Shown here piece after piece: positions 1 to 7,211 of a DNA stretch of 32,000 nucleotides. A model generated the notes under the pieces. It did not search any database. It saw only the letters and a program-made list of their open reading frames with translations, and was not told the DNA's origin. Each line of letters begins with the position of its first letter. Position 1 is the stretch's first letter. A program made the translations under genes and the position numbers. This DNA is from Micromonas sp. Lineage: Eukaryota. The stretch spans positions 536,786 to 568,785 of the forward strand of contig CP001331.1 of assembly GCA_000090985.2 (NCBI GenBank), read 5' to 3'.

Positions 1-1041
1 CAGACGCTCCCCGCCGCGCTGCAGGTCGCGACGCAAATCTCCGACGATCCGACGTCGCCGCCGGAGAAGTCGGGCTTTCGCCAGAACCTCGCCATGGCGG
101 GCGAGTTGAGGGACGCGAGGGCCGAGGCGGCGGCGCTCAAGGCGAAGCTGGAGGAGGCCGAGGAGGACGCCGCGCGCCACTCGTCTCGCGCCGCGCTCGG
201 GGCCTTACCCTACGAGGCGGAGACGCGCGCGCTTCGAGCGGAGCTAAACGCCGCCGCCGCCGAATTGACCCGCGCCAAAGACGCGTTGGCTCGCGCCGAG
301 GACGAACGGACCCGATCGGAGGAGTCGCATCGCGCCGAGGTTCGCGAGCTGACGCGGCGGCACGACGATGCGATGGCGGCGATGGCGGCGCGTCGTTCGA
401 ACGACGACGAGGCGGCGGCGAAGAGGGAGCTCCTGAGGGCGCACGCGGAGGAGAGCGCGGCGCTTCGCGCGGAGACTCGGGATTCGAAGGCGGCGGCGGC
501 GAGGGCGGAGGCGGCGGCGGAGGCGGCGAGGGCGCAGCTGGCGTCCCTCGAAGAGGCGGCGAGGGGACGCGACGCGCGAGTCGAGGAGGTCGTGGGCGTC
601 GCGGACGCGCTCCGCGCCGAGTTGGAGGCGGAGAAGGCGAAGGCGGAGTCGGCGGCTGCGAAGGCTGCGGCGGAGACGGAGCGGTTGCGCTCTGAGCTCG
701 TCGCGGCTCGTCACACGCAGATCCTCCCCGACCTCGCCGCGCTGGACGAGATGGAGTCGCGGTTGCACTCGCTGGCGGGAACGTTGAGGGCGAGGGAGAG
801 AGAGGTGGCGTCGTTGAACGGCGTCGTCGAGGCGCAGGTCATGGAGCGCAGGGCGTTGGCGGAGGAGCTGCGAAACGCGCGGGAGGAGGCGGCGGCGCTC
901 AAGGCGGCGATTGAGAAGGAGCGAGAGCTTCGGAGGCGCGCGCCCCCCCGGGGGTCGCAGAACGGGGGCGGGAACGGGGGCGGGAAGGACAGGCCGATGA
1001 CCAAGTCCATGTCCCGCGCGTTCAAGACACTGAGGTATTAG
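1..1041 (+). CDS. Ala/Glu/Arg-rich coiled-coil protein; 5' end probably outside the window
   Basis: ORF track 94..1041. The same frame is open with no stop from nt 1 (cag acg ctc ...), so the ATG at 94 may be internal. Coiled-coil-like composition (AEAAALKAKLEEAEEDAARH..., ELEAEKAKAESAAAKAAAETERLRSEL) and high GC3. No catalytic domain recognised. Confidence 0.55.
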   Translation, partial: QTLPAALQVATQISDDPTSPPEKSGFRQNLAMAGELRDARAEAAALKAKLEEAEEDAARHSSRAALGALPYEAETRALRAELNAAAAELTRAKDALARAEDERTRSEESHRAEVRELTRRHDDAMAAMAARRSNDDEAAAKRELLRAHAEESAALRAETRDSKAAAARAEAAAEAARAQLASLEEAARGRDARVEEVVGVADALRAELEAEKAKAESAAAKAAAETERLRSELVAARHTQILPDLAALDEMESRLHSLAGTLRAREREVASLNGVVEAQVMERRALAEELRNAREEAAALKAAIEKERELRRRAPPRGSQNGGGNGGGKDRPMTKSMSRAFKTLRY

Positions 1042-1156
1042 GCGCGGACGGAAGCTGTGAGCCACAAATTTTCCCGAAGTCTCCCAGAAAATATCGATCG
1101 ATTCGCCTCGAAGCGTCGCGCTCACACGGCGCCGCGCAGTCGCGCGCGCGTCCGGA

Positions 1157-2215
1157 ATGTCCTCCGCGGAGGACCCCAACGTCCTCGCGGATGCGCTCGG
1201 GGCCGTGGACGTCGCCGACGACGCGCCGAGCGCGCCCGTTCGCTTCGTCGACGGCACGTCGACCCCGACGATTGAGGACGAGCCCGCGGACGACGCCGAG
1301 CGCGACGCCCTCGAGGCTTTCCGCGAGCGCTTGGCGAAGGACGGGGTGCAGATCCCGCGCACAATGTCCGCGAACGGCGGCGAACCCGGCGTTTGCCTCC
1401 GCTTCCTCCGCGCGCGCAAGCTCAAGGTGGAGAAGGCGCTCAAGATGCTGCGGGACTGCCTGGCTTGGCGCGAGGCGAACGACGTGGACGCCTTGCTGGA
1501 CGAACCGCTCGACCTGGAGGAGTTCAAGACGAACGCGCGGATGTATCCGGCGTCGTATCACGGCCGCGACGTCCTCGGCCGGCCGGTGTACATCGAGCGC
1601 ACGGGCAGCGCCAAGTTCGCGGACCTCGTCAAGAAGCTCGGCCACGACGGCTTCGTCAAGATGCACCTGCGCGCCATGGAGTACCAATCCCGCGTCCTCC
1701 TCCCGGCCGCCAGCGCCGACGCCGGGACGCTCGTGTCCAAGATGTGCAACGTCATCGACGTCGGCGAACTGTCCCTCTACGACACCGTGTCCCACTCGGA
1801 GGTGCTGGCGGTGTTGAGGAAGATCGCGCAGATCGACCAGGACTATTACCCGGAGAACCTGGGCGTGACGCTCGTGGCGCACGCGCCGTGGAGTTTCACC
1901 ACCGCGTGGAGCATCGTCAAGGTGTTCCTGGACGCGAAGACCGCTGCCAAGTTCAAGGTGCTCGGCACCGGCGCCGCCGGGGTGGAGAAGCTGACGAAGG
2001 TGCTTGGCGAGGGCAAGGTCCCGGCGTTTTTGGGCGGGACGTGCGCGTGCGCGGGTGGGTGCGTGTGTTGCGATCCGAGGGTGGGCGAGACCCCGGACGT
2101 GCTCACGACGGAGCAGGTGCAGTACGCGAGGTTCGCGGCGCGGCGACGACGCGGGATTGGGGACGGGGAGGTTGCGGGTTCGAACACCGGCGGGGGCGCG
2201 AAGGCGGTTGAGTAG
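1157..2215 (+). CDS. SEC14 / CRAL-TRIO phosphatidylinositol transfer protein-like
   Basis: ORF 1157..2215 with an ATG start. Diagnostic stretches: LRFLRARKLKVEKALKMLRDCLAWR, YHGRDVLGRPVYIERTG, IDQDYYPENLG, SIVKVFLDAKTAAKFKVLG. Also carries the plant SEC14-type C-terminal FLGGTCACAGGC motif. Confidence 0.9.
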   Translation: MSSAEDPNVLADALGAVDVADDAPSAPVRFVDGTSTPTIEDEPADDAERDALEAFRERLAKDGVQIPRTMSANGGEPGVCLRFLRARKLKVEKALKMLRDCLAWREANDVDALLDEPLDLEEFKTNARMYPASYHGRDVLGRPVYIERTGSAKFADLVKKLGHDGFVKMHLRAMEYQSRVLLPAASADAGTLVSKMCNVIDVGELSLYDTVSHSEVLAVLRKIAQIDQDYYPENLGVTLVAHAPWSFTTAWSIVKVFLDAKTAAKFKVLGTGAAGVEKLTKVLGEGKVPAFLGGTCACAGGCVCCDPRVGETPDVLTTEQVQYARFAARRRRGIGDGEVAGSNTGGGAKAVE

Positions 2216-2344
2216 GTAAATCTTTCGTTGTTGAAATTTCGAGTCATCAAGCGCGACGATGTTCGTTCACGTCGACAGAGGCGCGCGCGCGCGCGAGGCG
2301 AGGGGTGCGGTCGCCGCGTTCCGCGCACGCGCGAGGACGCCGCG

Positions 2345-3889
2345 ATGCAGAGCTCGTTCCAGCGCCGCGGGCGTCGCTTCCAGAAGAAGGCCGCGGCTGA
2401 TGTGGGCGCGCCCGACCGAGGCGCGGGAGCGGATGCCGCCGCCGCCGCCGCTGCTCACGCGGCGTCGCGGGGGCCTACCCACCCGTCGCCGTCCCCCCTG
2501 GACGCGGTCGCGCCGCGCGTGGACGTCCCCGCGACGCACGTCGCCGGCACGCGCCCGGGCCTCCACGGCCACACGCTCGTGAGCTCGGGCCTCGCGGACC
2601 TCGACAACCTGCTCGGCGGCGGCGTCCCGCTCGGCACCGTCGTCGTGTTGGGAACCGACGGCGATCCCGCGTCCGCGGGTGGCAACGCGTGCACGCTGCT
2701 GCGATACTTCGTCGCGGAGGGGTGCGCCAGCGGGCACGCGGGGATGTGGATACACCCGGGGGGAGGTGGGGCGCGCGCCGGGTCGGGTGGGTCGAGGAGC
2801 GTCGCGCGGACGCTCCCGCGCGTCGTCGTCGACAAGGCGCGCGCGGAAGACGACGACGACGACGACGGGAGCGCTCGTCGCGACGCGAACGGCGACGCGA
2901 ACGGCGACGGCCTTCGCATCGCGTGGCAGTACAGGAGGTACCTGCGCCAGGGCAAGGCGCTAGACGACGGCAGGGTGGGCGGCGCGAGGGACGGCCTGGG
3001 CGCGGGGCTCTCCACGTCCGGGGGCGGCGGGAGTTCGCCCTCTCGGAGACGAAACGACGGCGGCGTGCGACGATTGCCCGAGATTTGCCACCGGTTCGAC
3101 CTCACGCGAGAGAGCGACCCGGCCGTTGTGGACGCCGCGGACCTTACATGCGTCGCGTTCAGGACCTTACCCGCGCTGGGGGATCAAACGCTCAAATTGA
3201 AAGCCGACGTCGACGGCGACTACGCGAGGGCGTACGAACGATGCCGCGCGTTCGTAGACGAATTACGTTTGCGTGACGTCGGCTCAAACGCTGTGGGACG
3301 GATAGCGATTCACCCCGGCGTCAACACGTCCATCGACGTCAGCGCCGCGCGATCCACCGTCCGGTTCCTCCGCGCGCTCCGCGGGCTCCTCCGGGGCACG
3401 CGCGTCTGCGCCGTGTGCGTCGTGTCCACGAAACAAGGCGGGCCGGACACAGCCGTGTCCCTGGCGGCGATGACGCACGTCGCCGACGCCCGCGTGGATG
3501 TCGAATCGCTGCCCGGCGCGCCGTGCGCGATGGAACAGACGCTGCCGGATCCGTTGCTGTGCGTCGGGTTGGTGCGCGTCGTGAAGATCGCGTTCCCCGG
3601 GGTGGCGGGCGCGTCGCCGCTGACGCGGATGGACCGAACGTACGCGCTGCAGCTGCGGCGGCGGCGGATGGCGCTCGCGCCGCTGCAGCTCTCGCCGGAG
3701 GATCATCGGCATGGAGGGGGACCGGGGGCGTCGGGCTCGGGCGGAGCGGGCGGGGTGAGGACGAGCAATCTGGGCGCGGGGGGGCGTCGTATTGAGGCGG
3801 GTTCGACGGGGAAGAAGTCGGGGAAGTCGGGCGGTTTATGCGGGAGCGGTCCGGCGGGGGACCCGAGGAACGACCCCCTCGACTTCTGA
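2345..3889 (+). CDS. ELP4: Elongator complex subunit 4 (PAXNEB family)
   Basis: Track ORF 2228..3889 begins at a TTG; the first in-frame ATG is at 2345. GTRPGLHGHTLVSSGLADLDNLLGGGVPLGTVVVLG, LLRYFVAEG and LRIAWQYRRY align with the ELP4 N-terminal half as I recall it. Ends ...DPLDF, like other ELP4 proteins. Confidence 0.8.
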   Translation: MQSSFQRRGRRFQKKAAADVGAPDRGAGADAAAAAAAHAASRGPTHPSPSPLDAVAPRVDVPATHVAGTRPGLHGHTLVSSGLADLDNLLGGGVPLGTVVVLGTDGDPASAGGNACTLLRYFVAEGCASGHAGMWIHPGGGGARAGSGGSRSVARTLPRVVVDKARAEDDDDDDGSARRDANGDANGDGLRIAWQYRRYLRQGKALDDGRVGGARDGLGAGLSTSGGGGSSPSRRRNDGGVRRLPEICHRFDLTRESDPAVVDAADLTCVAFRTLPALGDQTLKLKADVDGDYARAYERCRAFVDELRLRDVGSNAVGRIAIHPGVNTSIDVSAARSTVRFLRALRGLLRGTRVCAVCVVSTKQGGPDTAVSLAAMTHVADARVDVESLPGAPCAMEQTLPDPLLCVGLVRVVKIAFPGVAGASPLTRMDRTYALQLRRRRMALAPLQLSPEDHRHGGGPGASGSGGAGGVRTSNLGAGGRRIEAGSTGKKSGKSGGLCGSGPAGDPRNDPLDF

Positions 3890-3949
3890 CTCGTACGTAC
3901 GCGCGTCGTAAAACGGCTCAAATAAAGCTAACGTCAGAGTAGCGCCACG

Positions 3950-5182
3950 TCACCCCGTCGCCTTGGCGACCTGCTTCGCCAGCTTGGCCATCGCCGTTTC
4001 GAGTTTCGTCCACTCCTTGTCCAGCACCGTCCAGTCCACGCCGTCGTTGGACAGCACGTGCCCGTCGCCAATCGCGCCCGTGCCCCACAGCAACCCGCCC
4101 CACTTCACCCCGCAAAAGCCCAGCGAAGCCTTCGCGATCAACGCGGCGAAATACGCCGCCGCGACGTAAATCGCCGCCGTGCCGTAGGGCACGCGGTCCG
4201 TGAGCTGGGGCATGGTGACGTTGAAGACGGTGAACCCGCCGCTGTTGACGCGGCCCCGCATGCGTCCGCCGACCGAGTTTGGTATAAACCGGTGTCCGCC
4301 GTCGTCCGACTCGGATTCGGATCCCGAGTCGTCGTCGTCGTCCCCGCGGGAGGCTCGCCCCGCCCCGGACCGATCGCCCTCCCTCGCAGCCGCGCTCAGC
4401 GGGTCGTCCACCTCGTCGAGGGTCCGACGCCGGAGCCACGTGTGCGCGGTGCCGGGTGGCGCGCGCGGCAGGATCCCGGCGGTTCGATCCCCCGCCGGCG
4501 TCCGCAAAACGTGGGGCTTCTCCGTCGTCGTCGGCGGCGCGTCGGTGTCTGGGGCGTGGTGATCGTCGTCGTCGTCGCTGCCGGGCATCCACTCGTACCC
4601 GGCGGGTGCGGCGATCTTCGGCGAGAGGATGCCGCCGCCAGCTGTGCCGCCTCGTCTTCGCGCGTTGACGTTGGCGATCGGGGGACCCACGCTGACGTCG
4701 TCGCGCGCGGCGCCGAAGCTCACGCGCTTGTTGCGGGCGCCGGCGCCGGCGGCGGCGTCGTTCCCGCCCGAGCCCCTGACCTTGCGCACCGTCGCGGGAA
4801 GGTCCTCCTCCTCGTCGGTCTCGATGTCATTTTCCGTCGCCAAGTTCCCGTCGCGGTCCTCCTCCTCCTCCCCGCCCCCCTCCTCCGCGCGTACGAGGTC
4901 CAGGAGGTACTTCCTCGCCGGCGCGGTGAGCGCGTACTGCGCTCCGTCCTTACCGCCGTCCGCGATGTAACTCAGCGTCCGCCACTCCGTCGGCGTGACG
5001 ACCCCTCCGTCCTGAACCTCCTCGAAGATGGCTTTGGCGACCGGCAGCGAGATCTTGTCCGCGTCGTCGGCGATTGCGAGCGCGCCGTCGTCGTAGCGCA
5101 CGCCCTTGACCTGCCGGTACTGCTTCTTGGACGTGCCCGGGGTTTTACCTCCCCGGGACCGGGCGGCGGAGCGCGGCGCCAT
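3950..5182 (-). CDS. Hypothetical protein with acidic/low-complexity centre and C-terminal hydrophobic (membrane) segment
   Basis: Track ORF 3950..5260; the first ATG gives MAPRSAARSRGG... at 5182. High GC3. Hydrophobic stretch TAAIYVAAAYFAALIAKASLGFCGVKWGGLLWGTGAI near the C-terminus. No family recognised. Confidence 0.6.
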   Translation of the reverse strand: MAPRSAARSRGGKTPGTSKKQYRQVKGVRYDDGALAIADDADKISLPVAKAIFEEVQDGGVVTPTEWRTLSYIADGGKDGAQYALTAPARKYLLDLVRAEEGGGEEEEDRDGNLATENDIETDEEEDLPATVRKVRGSGGNDAAAGAGARNKRVSFGAARDDVSVGPPIANVNARRRGGTAGGGILSPKIAAPAGYEWMPGSDDDDDHHAPDTDAPPTTTEKPHVLRTPAGDRTAGILPRAPPGTAHTWLRRRTLDEVDDPLSAAAREGDRSGAGRASRGDDDDDSGSESESDDGGHRFIPNSVGGRMRGRVNSGGFTVFNVTMPQLTDRVPYGTAAIYVAAAYFAALIAKASLGFCGVKWGGLLWGTGAIGDGHVLSNDGVDWTVLDKEWTKLETAMAKLAKQVAKATG

Positions 5183-5252
5183 GGACGTTTCGAACCCCGG
5201 GGCGCGCTCTGCTCGAATGGGGAGACGTTGGCACGCAACGGTACAAAACGGC

Positions 5253-5347
5253 ACCCGCACCAGCTACCCGCACCAGCGTTATATAGACTATATAGTCTAG
5301 CGTTAAGCGTTATATAGCGTTATATATAGCGTTATATATAGCGTTCG
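5253..5347. repeat. AT-rich repeat island: 12-mer x2, gcgtta(ta)n units x5-6, and a perfect 16-bp palindrome
   Basis: acccgcaccagc occurs twice (5253..5277). It is followed by agcgttatatag / cgttatatatag units. The palindrome tagactatatagtcta lies at 5284..5299. The island sits between the stop of the SDR gene (5394, minus) and the ATG of the next minus-strand gene (5182). On the minus strand it reads as tandem TATATATAA boxes about 95-165 nt upstream of that ATG. Confidence 0.7.
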
Positions 5348-5393
5348 CGTGTTAACAATCAATCAAATCAAGGGTTCTCCGCGCTCTTCTCCC

Positions 5394-6404
5394 TCAGAAG
5401 ATCTCTCCCCCGCACGCCTCCGCCAGGACGCGCCACATCATCTCCTTCGTTTCCCGGTCGGAGATGACCGCCTTCTCCGCCTTTGGACTCTTGAACGTCC
5501 CGCCGGTCGCGATGGCCACCGGAGGTCCGTACGACGTCAAGTGCTTGGGCTCGTAAAAATCCCCGGAACACGCATCCGGGTGGAGACACGCGCGCGTCAG
5601 CGGCAGAGACCCGTCCCTCGGCCCCTGCCCCGCGATCGTGAAGATCAGGTTAGCCTCCCACGCTCTCATGGTGTGGAACGAACGGTTCGTCGTGACTTGC
5701 AGCTCCGTGGCCGCCAGCCCCGGGGCCGCGACGAGCGATTTTATTTTGGAGGACTTTTCCGCGAGCTTCTCGCGGAAGAGCTCGGACAACATGGCGTTGG
5801 CCAACTTGGTCTGGCCGTACCTCTGCCACGCCGGACCCGCATTGAACATACCCGTCCCACCCGGGATGTCCCCTGCGAACGGCTTCGGCAACGGATGCTC
5901 AGCGCTCGTCTTCGCGAAGTAATCGCGAACGAGTTTTCCTTTGCTCGGGATCATGCGGGCGCTGGAGCTGTGCTGGACGACGCGCGCCTCGCCGTTTCGC
6001 TCCGCGGCGCGTTCCAACAGCGGAAACGTCTCCTTCAGGAGCAACATCTGCGCCAGGACGTTCACCTGCGCCTCGCGGTTGTACCCGTCCTCGGTGACCT
6101 CGTCTGGGGCTGCCATCGTGGCCGCGTTCAGGCAGAGCACGTCGAGACAGCCATCGGCGTTTTTCGCGCAGAGCCGCTCGAGCTCCGCGGAGCACCGCCG
6201 AACCGACGCGAAAGAGAGGAGGTCGCATTCGACAGTGTGGATCTCGGACGCGCACCCGTGCTCCTTCGCGAACGCGCGCACCTCCTCCTCGGCGGCGGCG
6301 CTGCGCGGAGACGCGCGGTTCAGGAGCACGACGTTCTTCGCGCCGAGAAGCGCGGCGTGCTTGGCGAGCCAGATCCCGCACCCGTTCGCCGTCGCGCCGG
6401 TCAC
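5394..6404 (-). CDS. Short-chain dehydrogenase/reductase (RDH/WWOX-like classical SDR); 5' end unresolved
   Basis: ORF 5394..6404. Motifs: KTVAVTGATANGCG (TGxxxGxG Rossmann motif; the track ORF starts at the GTG inside it), CLNAAT, YGQTK (YxxxK). No in-frame ATG lies upstream of the Rossmann motif except the one at 6509, which is separated from it by a TGA at 6464..6462 (see findings). Confidence 0.85.
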   Translation of the reverse strand: MTGATANGCGIWLAKHAALLGAKNVVLLNRASPRSAAAEEEVRAFAKEHGCASEIHTVECDLLSFASVRRCSAELERLCAKNADGCLDVLCLNAATMAAPDEVTEDGYNREAQVNVLAQMLLLKETFPLLERAAERNGEARVVQHSSSARMIPSKGKLVRDYFAKTSAEHPLPKPFAGDIPGGTGMFNAGPAWQRYGQTKLANAMLSELFREKLAEKSSKIKSLVAAPGLAATELQVTTNRSFHTMRAWEANLIFTIAGQGPRDGSLPLTRACLHPDACSGDFYEPKHLTSYGPPVAIATGGTFKSPKAEKAVISDRETKEMMWRVLAEACGGEIF

Positions 6405-6629
6405 GGCGACGGTCTTCCCGGCGGCGGCATCTTTGGGGATGTCGTTGGCGAAGTAATCCCTTCAATACGACGTCTTGTCGTACTTCGCACGCGAGTACGA
6501 GCCCCCCATGTCGCGTGAAGACGCGCGACTTGGTGTGAGTCATACTTGTAGGACGGCTTTTGGCTTTTGGCTTTTTGGGCAAGTTGGGGATTCTGGCCAA
6601 AGGGTCGCCACTTCGCGCCGCGCTTTGCC

Positions 6630-6669
6630 AAAGGGACGTCGTCCGGTTCAAAGGGACGTCGTCCGTTTC
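6630..6669. promoter_or_regulatory. Tandem 20-mer x2 with GACGTC (ACGT) core in a divergent promoter
   Basis: caaagggacgtcgtccggtt followed by caaagggacgtcgtccgttt. A third partial copy, ccaaagggtcgcc, lies at about 6597. The repeat is 21-60 nt upstream of the ATG at 6690 (+) and about 120-160 nt upstream of the candidate ATG at 6509 (-). Confidence 0.4.
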
Positions 6670-6689
6670 GCGCATTTGACCCTCGCGCC

Positions 6690-7142
6690 ATGACGTCCAG
6701 GTCGCGCCTCGTCGACGATCCCGACGTGCGCGACGACGCGTCGGACGACGAGCGGGCGGCGAGGCTGGCTCGCCCGGACCCTCCTCCATCGGCGCCCGCC
6801 TCCGGGACCCGCGCCGGGGCGGCGGCGGCGAGCGAGCTTCCCGGCGACGTCGCCGGCGTCGGCGTCGCCAGCGGGATCGGGGAGGCGTCGAACGGAGGTC
6901 GGAGCAGGCGATTCGACTGGGGTTCTCGCCCGACGTCTCCGGAGGTGAGGGCGAGGCCGAACACGCCCGCCGATGCGATGGACGCGGGGCGCGCGCTGGG
7001 AGAGAGGTTGGCGTCCGTGGGAGGCGCGGGGTTGAGACGAGGCGGCGCGTGGGATTCGAGCGGCGTCGTGTGCGTCGCGATTGCCGCCGGGGTGGCGCTC
7101 CTGGCGGCTGGGTTAGCGCAGTTCGCCGTGAGCGGCGGTTGA
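6690..7142 (+). CDS. Small (150 aa) hypothetical protein with C-terminal hydrophobic tail; alternatively a 5' part of the HECT gene
   Basis: ATG at 6690 within track ORF 6567..7142. High GC3. C-terminal VVCVAIAAGVALLAAGLAQFAVSGG then stop. Same frame as the HECT ORF, which starts 69 nt downstream. Confidence 0.45.
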   Translation: MTSRSRLVDDPDVRDDASDDERAARLARPDPPPSAPASGTRAGAAAASELPGDVAGVGVASGIGEASNGGRSRRFDWGSRPTSPEVRARPNTPADAMDAGRALGERLASVGGAGLRRGGAWDSSGVVCVAIAAGVALLAAGLAQFAVSGG

Positions 7143-7211
7143 GATTTTATGTAATGCGACGAGCGAGCAACCAAACTCCGCGCGGTCAACGCCGAGAGAA
7201 ACGCATTCCCG

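Noticed and set aside
244-1527. 427-aa minus-strand ORF overlapping the coiled-coil and SEC14 genes
   Set aside because: Arg/Ser/Leu/Pro-rich composition typical of antisense reading of GC-rich coding DNA. It overlaps two plus-strand ORFs, one of which has clear homology.
5260-5393. SECIS element in the SDR 3' region (ttgatttgattgattg on the minus strand)
   Set aside because: It contains UGAU repeats, but I could not find a canonical AUGA..AA..GA kink-turn arrangement or a supporting stem. The selenocysteine idea is left as an open question, not a call.
6462-6509. Tiny introns (9, 24 or 31 nt GT..AG intervals) that would remove the in-frame TGA of the SDR gene
   Set aside because: Far shorter than the 134-189 nt introns supported in this window. 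They lack the GTGCGC donor, CTGAC branch and C-rich tract.
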